From: Candidatus Saccharimonadota bacterium | Lineage (GTDB): Bacteria > Patescibacteriota > Saccharimonadia > Saccharimonadales > JACDFO01 | Direction: 5' to 3' | Length of the DNA stretch: 47,231 bases | Assembly: GCA_013815785.1 (NCBI GenBank) | Contig: JACDFO010000002.1 | Coordinates: 1-47,231, forward strand | Shown: one piece after another, positions 36,861 through 44,958 of the stretch | Position numbering within the stretch: the stretch's first letter is position 1 | How the letters are laid out: each line of letters begins with the position of its first letter | Notes under the pieces: generated by a model | Database searches by the model: none | Seen by the model: the letters and a program-made list of their open reading frames with translations, nothing else | What the model was told of the DNA's origin: nothing | Program-made: the position numbers and the translations under genes

Positions 36861-36866
36861 ATCTAT

Positions 36867-39044
36867 ATGGAAAAAGACGAAGAATTTCCGAGGTATCAAA
36901 TACCAGGGGCGCCGGGAGAGATTGCGGCAAGCTTTCATACCCCAGAGGGAATCTTAGAAGTCGATTCATACCAAGATGAAATATTTGCAATTCTAAGACT
37001 AGCTGATGGAACTAAGAGTAGGTCCAATATTATCAAGAGCGCGGTGGAATCAGGGCTTGATGAAGAATTTACTTCTATGGTTATGGATGACTTAGAAAGG
37101 CTAGGTGTCATAGGTGACAGCAGGCAAATATCTAAACTTTTCCATATTTATACTAAAAATCCCGCTAGGTATAGCCATGATTTAAGCAACGAAGAAGTTT
37201 ATGAAATAACGTCACGACCTTATGAGGTTGAAAAAGAAGGCCAGCGCCATCAATTTTCACGTACTAGTACAGACCTTACTTCGTTATTAAGTAAACGCGA
37301 ATCAGTCAGAGGTTTTGAAAGTAGAGCTGTAGAATTAGATAAAATAAGTGAAATACTTGATGCTGCGTACTCTTTTAACATAACACCAGTACCGTCGGCG
37401 GGAGGTCTATACCCATTAAAATTATATTTACTGATCAAAGACGGGAATGAGCTACCGGCGGGATATTATCAATATGACCCCACTGATTCAGCCTTAATTT
37501 GTTTCAACGACAATTTTTCCGAAAAAAGGCTACAGTACATTTTTAACTCGGATTCACTCGTACATAACGCACAGTTACTATTTGTGATAGGCGCAGATAT
37601 GGATAGGCATTCAGAAAAATATGCTGATAGAGGCTACAGATATACTTTACTAGAAGCAGGTCATGTCGCTCAAAACATTCATTTAGCATGCACAACTCTA
37701 GATCTCGGTTCACTAGAATATGGCGGCTTCAATGATGATTTACTTCACTCCGAGTTAAACCTTGATGAGCGCATACAACCACTAATTACCATCGGTGCTG
37801 GATATAAAAATACTTTTGAAATTCAGGATTCTATATCTACTCTAGCATTGTTGGAGAAAGAACTAGTGGGTAAAAATAAACCGATAGACGAAGTATCAAT
37901 AAATTTTCCTCCAAACTCAACTAGTCCATCTTATTATCAAGCCAGCGCACACTATGTTATTCCAAATGTTAGTTATCCCGATACACATGACGATAGATAT
38001 GCTTCGGGAGCAGCGACCTCTATAGAACTTGCTAAAATTAAAGCGATAGCAGAAGCATATGAGAGATATGTAAGCGGTAAGATAAGGTTTGATATTAAAG
38101 ATAGTGCGACCAATTTACGGGGCAAATGGCTTAATCCAAATTTAATACGACCGTTAAGTTCAAGTCAGATTAATTTTATGTCCGGAATCGAACAATTCCA
38201 GGAAGATTTGTTACTGGAATGGGTAAAGGGAAGTGAACTTCATAGTAACGAAGATATTTTTGTTCCAATTGACTTAGTTTATTATCCGTTAAACGAAAAA
38301 GTTCTTCGCAGGAATCCCATCGCTCTTGCTGACTCATCCGGTGTTGCGGCGCATGTTGATAGAAATATTGCCATAGAAAAAGGATTGCTGGAACTCATAG
38401 AAAGGGATGCAATTATGAGAAATTGGTTTAAGAAAGCGCCACTCCCAAAACTTTCACAAGAATTACTAGATGAAGATATAAGCAGCCGTGTTCTAAATTT
38501 GGAAAAAAATGGCTACATTGTCGATGTACTAGATATGACCGAGCCTAACGCAAAAGCAGCCGTAATAAATGTAGTTATCAGAAACAAGGAAATGAATTAT
38601 CCGTACTTTGTTAATGGTGCTTCAGCAGCACTTAATTATCAGGATGCAATAGATAAAGCTCTTGAAGAGGCAGAACTTGGTTTGAAGTACGCACTAATCG
38701 GTGAAAAAAATGACGCAAAATCGAAAAATCACATACATTCACCTGCTGATCATGGGAATTACTACTTGCATCCAGAAAACGCAGTAAATATTTCTTGGCT
38801 ATGGAGCGGAGAAATAAAGTATCATCTACAGAATATTGACGATAGTAAAAAACTAATTGATAACTATAATCCTATAGTGATAAACTTGGAGTTACAGAGT
38901 GCTCCTTTAAATGTTGTCCGGATTATAGAGATATCACTGGTACCAATTAGCTTTGGTCTCGGTGCCGAGTATTACACGCATCCATTCAGCGGTATTTCAA
39001 ATCCGCAACAATACCAGCCCTATATTCCGCACTATTTCGCTTAA
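36867..39044 (+). CDS. Fusion protein: N-terminal winged-helix (RRE-like) region, SagB-type FMN dehydrogenase, YcaO cyclodehydratase (TOMM/azole RiPP maturase)
   Basis: The SagB/nitroreductase part includes SVRGF, PSAGGLYPLKLYLL and YRYTLLEAGHVAQN. The YcaO part includes ASGAATSIELAKIKAIAEAYERY, SSGVAAHVDRNIAIEKGLLELIERDA and a Pro-containing C-terminus YQPYIPHYFA. The ORF track begins at a TTG (36831) that is really the -35 box. Confidence 0.85.
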   Translation: MEKDEEFPRYQIPGAPGEIAASFHTPEGILEVDSYQDEIFAILRLADGTKSRSNIIKSAVESGLDEEFTSMVMDDLERLGVIGDSRQISKLFHIYTKNPARYSHDLSNEEVYEITSRPYEVEKEGQRHQFSRTSTDLTSLLSKRESVRGFESRAVELDKISEILDAAYSFNITPVPSAGGLYPLKLYLLIKDGNELPAGYYQYDPTDSALICFNDNFSEKRLQYIFNSDSLVHNAQLLFVIGADMDRHSEKYADRGYRYTLLEAGHVAQNIHLACTTLDLGSLEYGGFNDDLLHSELNLDERIQPLITIGAGYKNTFEIQDSISTLALLEKELVGKNKPIDEVSINFPPNSTSPSYYQASAHYVIPNVSYPDTHDDRYASGAATSIELAKIKAIAEAYERYVSGKIRFDIKDSATNLRGKWLNPNLIRPLSSSQINFMSGIEQFQEDLLLEWVKGSELHSNEDIFVPIDLVYYPLNEKVLRRNPIALADSSGVAAHVDRNIAIEKGLLELIERDAIMRNWFKKAPLPKLSQELLDEDISSRVLNLEKNGYIVDVLDMTEPNAKAAVINVVIRNKEMNYPYFVNGASAALNYQDAIDKALEEAELGLKYALIGEKNDAKSKNHIHSPADHGNYYLHPENAVNISWLWSGEIKYHLQNIDDSKKLIDNYNPIVINLELQSAPLNVVRIIEISLVPISFGLGAEYYTHPFSGISNPQQYQPYIPHYFA

Positions 39045-39110
39045 ACTGCCAGGCGGTTTAAGCTTGAGATAAATTTTAATCATCAACTACTTCAGGAGGA
39101 GGTGATAAAA

Positions 39111-39245
39111 ATGAAGGTACTCTCTGCAGTGTTGAAGCCATACGAAGCTACCCCCAAGGGTAGCTTCGAAAACTGCAACAACGGTTGTAGTGGCAGTGGA
39201 TCCTGCTCTCGTTGCTCAGGCAACTACGGCAACCAGTCCCACTAG
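39111..39245 (+). CDS. 44-aa RiPP precursor peptide candidate (Cys/Ser/Gly/Asn-rich core)
   Basis: Absent from the ORF track (under 60 aa). SD AGGAGGAGGTGA lies 6 nt before the ATG. Translation: MKVLSAVLKPYEATPKGSFENCNNGCSGSGSCSRCSGNYGNQSH*. It sits 66 nt downstream of the YcaO fusion gene. Confidence 0.75.
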   Translation: MKVLSAVLKPYEATPKGSFENCNNGCSGSGSCSRCSGNYGNQSH

Positions 39246-39258
39246 CACAACCCACACC

Positions 39259-39327
39259 AGCCCTGGCATATCAATTGTGTGATGATGTACGCGCGTCATC
39301 ATCAATACAATCGATTATGCCAGGGCT
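39259..39327. terminator. Long hairpin between the convergent precursor and protease genes
   Basis: AGCCCTGGCATA (39259-39270) pairs with TATGCCAGGGCT (39316-39327). An inner GATGATG/CATCATC stem is present. Confidence 0.6.
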
Positions 39328-39329
39328 CT

Positions 39330-39941
39330 TTACTTGAGAAGTTTTTTAGCTGATGTAGAAACTAATTTTGAGGCTGGTTTTTTTAGTGTATTACTAGCAG
39401 ACTTTGCAAGCTGATAACCATAAGAATAGCCAAACCATCTAGGTACGTCGTTATTACCTGTTATAAACCACTCTATATGGTTATATTTTTTACTATTTAA
39501 TTCTTTATTAGCCATTCCAATTTGATCTTTGGTTATTCTAACGGTTGCATATATCGGAGTTTCACCACTACACTCTTCTTCAAACAAAGTTGCAAGCCCT
39601 TCGGTTAATAACGCCTCCTTTAAGGTTTCGCCATAACCTGGGTTGCGCCATCTTACTGCATGGTGTATTTCGTGTAACATACCCATGTAAAGATTTTTTT
39701 CTAGAATTTTCTTAGATGGATCGATGTTTATGTAAACAACATTACTGGAAGGAGTATAACCTCCCACTCCAATTTCTGGGATTGTGCTAGACGGAGCATC
39801 GATTATAAGAATGTCTATTTTGTCAGCTCCTAAAACGCCAAAAGCAGTATCGGATGCTTTCTTAAAAGCATTTTCAATTACGTTTATATGCTTGTCCATT
39901 GACCCGGAAGCATTTGCTATGTGCAACTTTATACTGTTCAT
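39330..39941 (-). CDS. DUF2268-like putative Zn-dependent protease (HExxH)
   Basis: 203 aa. MLHEIHHAVRW contains HExxH, and LLTEGLATLFEE follows downstream, as in predicted DUF2268 metalloproteases. Confidence 0.65.
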   Translation of the reverse strand: MNSIKLHIANASGSMDKHINVIENAFKKASDTAFGVLGADKIDILIIDAPSSTIPEIGVGGYTPSSNVVYINIDPSKKILEKNLYMGMLHEIHHAVRWRNPGYGETLKEALLTEGLATLFEEECSGETPIYATVRITKDQIGMANKELNSKKYNHIEWFITGNNDVPRWFGYSYGYQLAKSASNTLKKPASKLVSTSAKKLLK

Positions 39942-39959
39942 ATTGTTACTATATTAAAA

Positions 39960-40007
39960 TCAAGACTGTAAGGATATGTCATCTTCGATAATTGCGATTT
40001 TAGGCAT
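39960..40007 (-). pseudogene. Relic 5' end of a receiver (response regulator) gene
   Basis: Encodes MPKIAIIEDDISLQS*. The first 13 aa are identical to the receiver starting at 36763 (MPKIAIIEDDISLADMY), and the DNA differences fall mostly at third codon positions. Confidence 0.5.
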
Positions 40008-40080
40008 AATAATAGAAATATTGTAGTAATTCTAAGTATTAGTATATATTGAAGAAAATTAATAGGGAAATAAATTAATT

Positions 40081-40977
40081 ATGACAGACGCAATAGTGGT
40101 GGCTATCTTATCTGGGCTAGCAGGTATGCTGGGCTGGGGTTTGGCAGACTTTTTTGCTAAGAAAACTATTGATATTGTCGGTGATCTTGCAACACTTGCG
40201 TGGGCACATATTTATGGAGTTATATTCCTACTGTCAATCGTCCTAATATATAACCGATCAGAACATCAAACGTTGACATTACCGAATGGTTTTAAAGAGT
40301 TTGCGTTACTTGGATTTTTTGGCATTTTGCAGGCTTTTGTCTACTTTTTTGCATATCGTGCGTTCGGTAAGGGTAAACTGGCACTCCTTAACCCAGTTTT
40401 TTCATCATATTCAGGCATTGTAGTTTTATTATCTACCATCTTTTTTGCCGAAGTTATCGGTGTTAATCAGCTCCTTTGTCTGTTGGTGATATTTGCTGGG
40501 ATAATGTCAATCAGCCTTGATAGAGAGTCATTAGCGCTTAAAAAAATACGGCTGGCAAAAATCTCTGGCATGAAAGAAATTTTGATAGCAGCTATTCTTG
40601 GGGCAGTTTGGACAGTGTTGTGGGGAAACTTCGTAATAGACAAGGATTGGCTTGTATACGCAGCGATCATGTATATTTTTATGACGATAACGATACTGCT
40701 AATATGTTTGATTCAAAGACTTAAGTTAAATGTACTCAATGCGCACACATGGAAATTCTTTATGCTTATTGGAGTTTCGGAGGTGATTGCCTACGTCGGG
40801 GTAAGTCTTGGTTATAGTGTTACTTCACGTACCAGTATTATTGCTGTTTTGAGCGCTGCATTTTCTGTACCAACAGTAATATTAGCCCACATCTTTCTTA
40901 AGGAGCGTATAACAAAATTTCAAATATCAGGGGTAGCTCTTGTTATAACTGGTGTTGTTGCTATCACCCTGGTATAA
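40081..40977 (+). CDS. DMT/EamA-family transporter
   Basis: 298 aa with about 10 TM segments in two halves; an EamA-like pattern. Confidence 0.7.
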   Translation: MTDAIVVAILSGLAGMLGWGLADFFAKKTIDIVGDLATLAWAHIYGVIFLLSIVLIYNRSEHQTLTLPNGFKEFALLGFFGILQAFVYFFAYRAFGKGKLALLNPVFSSYSGIVVLLSTIFFAEVIGVNQLLCLLVIFAGIMSISLDRESLALKKIRLAKISGMKEILIAAILGAVWTVLWGNFVIDKDWLVYAAIMYIFMTITILLICLIQRLKLNVLNAHTWKFFMLIGVSEVIAYVGVSLGYSVTSRTSIIAVLSAAFSVPTVILAHIFLKERITKFQISGVALVITGVVAITLV

Positions 40978-41003
40978 TTCGTCTTGATTTAAGATAAATA
41001 AAA

Positions 41004-42140
41004 ATGATTCCAAACGATATCGAAATTCTCAACGAAGTGCGCCTCCACACGTATCAGACCCCCTATTTTTTTACAAGTCGGAATATTCTTGAAATTAATT
41101 ATCAAAAGTTTTTGAATATGTTCGAGGGTAGTGAAGTCTATTACGCGCTTAAGGCGAACTCAGACCCAAAAATCCTGACATTATTGAATGGGTTTGGTTG
41201 CGGATTTGAGGCAGCATCTTTTTATGAGATTGAGCAGCTTTTAGCTGTCGGTATTCAGCCTGATAGGATAATTTACGGTACTTCAGTAAAGCCCTCAACT
41301 CACATTATGCGAGCTTTTGATGTTGGAGTTAATCGTTTTGCTGCAGATTCACATGAGGAATTAGAAAAGATTGCACAATTTGCACCCGGTTCCAGAGTGA
41401 TAATCCGAGCCAAAGTAAATGATAGCGGTAGTGTGTTTGCATTTTCTGAACGTTTCGGCGCTCCTAAAGAGGCTGTGAAGGCTCTCGTTGTCTACGCACG
41501 ACACTTAAAGCTCAAAACCTATGGATTAAGTTTTCATGTGGGTTCTCAAGCTACCCATGTAGACCACTGGGCAAACGCCATATCATCCCTAAAGCCAATC
41601 ATGGATCAACTCGATGAAGAGGGTATACGAATTGAAATACTTGATATCGGAGGGGGATTTCCCGTCATCTATAATAATCACAAAGATTTGCCACATCTAG
41701 ATGATATTGCTAAAGATGTTCATAAGGCGCTCAAGAAGCTACCCTATCAACCAAAAATAATTATGGAACCAGGACGAGGTATTGTGGCCAGTTCCACTGT
41801 TATGGTCAGCGAGGTCATTTCAAGAACTATTAGAAATGGGAAAGTGTGGCTTGTTATGGATGGGGGTATATATAACTGTCTTTATGAAGCAATGATACAT
41901 CAGGGCACAACACAGTATGATGTAAGGACTATGGCAATGGTCGAGGGTGACGTGGACATGCTTAATTACGGCATTACCGGTCCCACGGGTGATAGTCTGG
42001 ATGTCATTACTCGTAGCATTAGCCTTCCAAGTTTTATTTCAGAGGGCGATCGACTAATTTTTGAAAATTCAGGGGCCTATACAATAACAATGGCTAGTCC
42101 CTTTAATGGTTTTCCAAAACCTGAGCTGTATCTCAGTTGA
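41004..42140 (+). CDS. Fold-type III PLP-dependent decarboxylase, eukaryote-like ornithine decarboxylase family
   Basis: 378 aa. YYALKANSDP (PLP Lys), HVGSQ, DIGGGFP, EPGRGIVA and FENSGAYT..ASPFNGF. The motif usually read GPTCD reads GPTGD here. Confidence 0.8.
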   Translation: MIPNDIEILNEVRLHTYQTPYFFTSRNILEINYQKFLNMFEGSEVYYALKANSDPKILTLLNGFGCGFEAASFYEIEQLLAVGIQPDRIIYGTSVKPSTHIMRAFDVGVNRFAADSHEELEKIAQFAPGSRVIIRAKVNDSGSVFAFSERFGAPKEAVKALVVYARHLKLKTYGLSFHVGSQATHVDHWANAISSLKPIMDQLDEEGIRIEILDIGGGFPVIYNNHKDLPHLDDIAKDVHKALKKLPYQPKIIMEPGRGIVASSTVMVSEVISRTIRNGKVWLVMDGGIYNCLYEAMIHQGTTQYDVRTMAMVEGDVDMLNYGITGPTGDSLDVITRSISLPSFISEGDRLIFENSGAYTITMASPFNGFPKPELYLS

Positions 42141-42194
42141 CAGTAACGATAAAAAGGCTTACGTTAATAACAAGTATAAAAAGGTTATCCTAAT

Positions 42195-43034
42195 ATGATG
42201 AAAAATTTAAACAACTTACAAAAAACCTTCGGGTTGTTTTTCTTGTTCGTACTTGGTCTTTGGGTTTATATCCAGCTTTCAGCATCGCGTGACAGTACGG
42301 TTAACTATACATACTCGTTCTTGTTTGGTCTTATACCGTTTTTCGGTGGCATTATAGGGATGTTTACCTCAAAGCAGTGGGGTGGTCTTAAATCCGTTCT
42401 TGGTAAAGCTATATTCTTTTTTTCCCTCGGTCTGTTCCTATGGGGGTCTGGTGAAAATATTTGGTCATATTACAACTTCTTTAAAGGTGAGCCGGCACCC
42501 TATCCTTCACTTGCGGATATCGGCTTTGCCCCAAGTATCTTTTTTTGGATACTCGGTACCTACTTTTTAGCGAAAGCCAGCGGTGCATTCCTTATGTTTA
42601 AGAAAAGCACATGGGCTAAAGTGTTCGTAATAATTGTCCCACCCTTGTTGTTACTTGCTTCGTATTACATGCTTATCAAAATTGCCCGGGGGGGTGTGTT
42701 AGTTCCCGAAGGAGAGACGCCATTGAAGGTAGTACTTGATATCGCCTATCCACTAGGAGACTTCTTGGCTCTTACATTTGCATTTGTAGTCTTTACACTT
42801 ACGGGCAAGTATCTCGGTGGTTATTACCGTATGGCAATCGCCAGTATATTGCTGGGTCTTGGAATCATGTATTTTGGCGACTTCAGCTTTTCGTACACAA
42901 CTACTACCGGAACATTCTACAATGGTAACTGGGGCGATTTACTCTTGGCTAGTGGTAACTTCTTTATGACAATCGGTATTCTCGGATTTGCATCACGGCC
43001 TCAAGCTAGCCCTAATGTAGCTAAGGAGGCGTAA
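42195..43034 (+). CDS. Polytopic membrane protein, unknown function
   Basis: 279 aa with about 7-8 TM segments. It is the first gene of an apparent three-gene unit that ends in a histidine kinase. Confidence 0.55.
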   Translation: MMKNLNNLQKTFGLFFLFVLGLWVYIQLSASRDSTVNYTYSFLFGLIPFFGGIIGMFTSKQWGGLKSVLGKAIFFFSLGLFLWGSGENIWSYYNFFKGEPAPYPSLADIGFAPSIFFWILGTYFLAKASGAFLMFKKSTWAKVFVIIVPPLLLLASYYMLIKIARGGVLVPEGETPLKVVLDIAYPLGDFLALTFAFVVFTLTGKYLGGYYRMAIASILLGLGIMYFGDFSFSYTTTTGTFYNGNWGDLLLASGNFFMTIGILGFASRPQASPNVAKEA

Positions 43035-43036
43035 TC

Positions 43037-43315
43037 ATGGATACTTACGCCAAGATAGCAGTTGAAATCATCTCATATCAAGAAGCTATAATCGGGCCGG
43101 TTGCAGTTGAGCAAGCTCAATTTGTGGATGGTCTTCAGCTTGACTGGGATAAGCACGAGGCAACGATTTCTGGTGATAAGATGAATGTAATTGATAAACT
43201 TGTTGAACAATATAAAAATCTTTTTGGCCAAATTTCTGTTGAAGTTTGTAAAGATGCGGCCTCTAAATTTTTAGGTGAACTTTCTGCTACTGAGCGACCA
43301 AAATTATTGCAGTAG
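43037..43315 (+). CDS. Small cytoplasmic hypothetical protein
   Basis: 92 aa. It starts 2 nt after the upstream stop. I recognise no motif. Confidence 0.45.
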   Translation: MDTYAKIAVEIISYQEAIIGPVAVEQAQFVDGLQLDWDKHEATISGDKMNVIDKLVEQYKNLFGQISVEVCKDAASKFLGELSATERPKLLQ

Positions 43316-43340
43316 CGCGCAGATGAGGGCGGGATAAAAT

Positions 43341-44777
43341 ATGGATAACATCCCCACAACTGAAACAAAGCGTCTTTTTACTGGGCGCAAACAGCTTAAG
43401 CAAGATATTGAGCATGTAACTCAAGAGATGTATAAGCGTAACTTTGAACTGGCAGAAGCCAACAAAACACTTTCGCTTCTACGTGCAATAGATAGTATCG
43501 TACTTGAATCACACGATGAATTAGGGATACTTTGTCAAAACATAGCATCCGCGATTGCCAAGTATACTAGTTATCCGCTTGTGGCAATTCTTGTCAACCC
43601 TCCGCACAAAGACTATCTAGAGATGCTGGGGCTAGCTGGCGCAAGTGGGATTGAGGACATGTTTAAGTCATGCAAGGTTAAGGAAGACGACCATGAAACA
43701 TGGTTGGTTAGCCCTGAGCAAAAGGCGATTCTTGATATTTCTTCTGTCGATAGTCGGCTTATTGCTGAGGTGCTCTGTCTGTCGGAAGATCAGGTTAACG
43801 ATCTGAAAAATGAAAGTGGTATTAAAACAATCTTGTTATTAAAGTTGCTATCAAGACACCGTCTGGTTGGGGTGTTGGCAATCGGGTTAAATCAGGAAAA
43901 AATTGAGGTCCATGATAAACAAGAACAACTAATTGAGCGTCTATCTGAGACCGTAGGGATTGCACTCGATAGCAAATTGCTTTTTGAAGAAAATCAGCAA
44001 GTCCTGCGTCAGTTACAAAAAACGAACGAAAAATTAAAGACACTGGACGAAACGAAGGATGAGTTCATTAGCATGGCTTCTCATCAACTTCGCACGCCGT
44101 TAACTTCCGTTAAGGGCTACCTGAGCATGGTTTTAGAGGGTGATGCGGGCGAGATAGGTGAAATGCAGCGTAAACTGCTGGATCAAGCGTTTGTAAGTAG
44201 TCAGCGGATGGTTTATTTGATAGCGGATTTGTTGAACGTATCGCGTTTGCGTACGGGTAAGTTTGTTCTAGAGGCCGTGCCATCTAATTTGGCAGAAGTG
44301 GTAGAGGGGGAGATTGGCCAACTCAAGGAAACCGCCGCTGGGCGTGGACTGAAACTTACTTATGATAAACCAGCTGACTTCCCAGAACTGTACTTGGATG
44401 AAACAAAAATCCGGCAGGTAATTATGAATTTTACTGATAACGCCATTTACTACACACCTAGCGGCGGGCATATCGTGGTCAAGCTAGAAGACAAGGGTGA
44501 ATCGATTGAGTTTACCGTAACCGACGACGGCATGGGAGTCCCGAAAGTACAACAACCGAACTTATTCACCAAGTTTTATCGGGCAGATAATGCCCGCAAG
44601 GCTCGACCTGACGGTACTGGTCTTGGGCTATTCATGGCTAAGAAGGTGATTGTAGTCCAAGGAGGCAACCTATTATTTACTAGTCAAGAAGGTAAGGGCA
44701 GTACATTTGGCTTTGCATTCCCTAAATCTAAATTACAGCCACCACCCACACCAGAGCCGACTGCAACTAGTAGCTAA
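43341..44777 (+). CDS. GAF-like sensor histidine kinase with no TM segment
   Basis: 478 aa. H-box ASHQLRTPLTSV plus NFTDNAIYYTP, DDGMGV and GTGLGLF. Confidence 0.9.
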   Translation: MDNIPTTETKRLFTGRKQLKQDIEHVTQEMYKRNFELAEANKTLSLLRAIDSIVLESHDELGILCQNIASAIAKYTSYPLVAILVNPPHKDYLEMLGLAGASGIEDMFKSCKVKEDDHETWLVSPEQKAILDISSVDSRLIAEVLCLSEDQVNDLKNESGIKTILLLKLLSRHRLVGVLAIGLNQEKIEVHDKQEQLIERLSETVGIALDSKLLFEENQQVLRQLQKTNEKLKTLDETKDEFISMASHQLRTPLTSVKGYLSMVLEGDAGEIGEMQRKLLDQAFVSSQRMVYLIADLLNVSRLRTGKFVLEAVPSNLAEVVEGEIGQLKETAAGRGLKLTYDKPADFPELYLDETKIRQVIMNFTDNAIYYTPSGGHIVVKLEDKGESIEFTVTDDGMGVPKVQQPNLFTKFYRADNARKARPDGTGLGLFMAKKVIVVQGGNLLFTSQEGKGSTFGFAFPKSKLQPPPTPEPTATSS

Positions 44778-44923
44778 CAGATAGTCATGGATTAGCTCTA
44801 ACAAAGCGAGAAACTTCATTGTTTGAACAAAGCGTGCGCGATATATTCAGATTATGAATCACCGACGTTAATCTCTATCGGTGTATTGTGCTTGTGCTTT
44901 ATACATATATGTTGTGTTATGTA

Positions 44924-44952
44924 TTGACAATATTGGTATTTTGTAGTAGAAT
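44924..44952 (+). promoter_or_regulatory. Near-consensus sigma70 promoter (TTGACA, 17 nt, TAGAAT)
   Basis: TTGACA at 44924-44929, a 17-nt spacer and TAGAAT at 44947-44952. Confidence 0.6.
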
Positions 44953-44958
44953 GTATAC

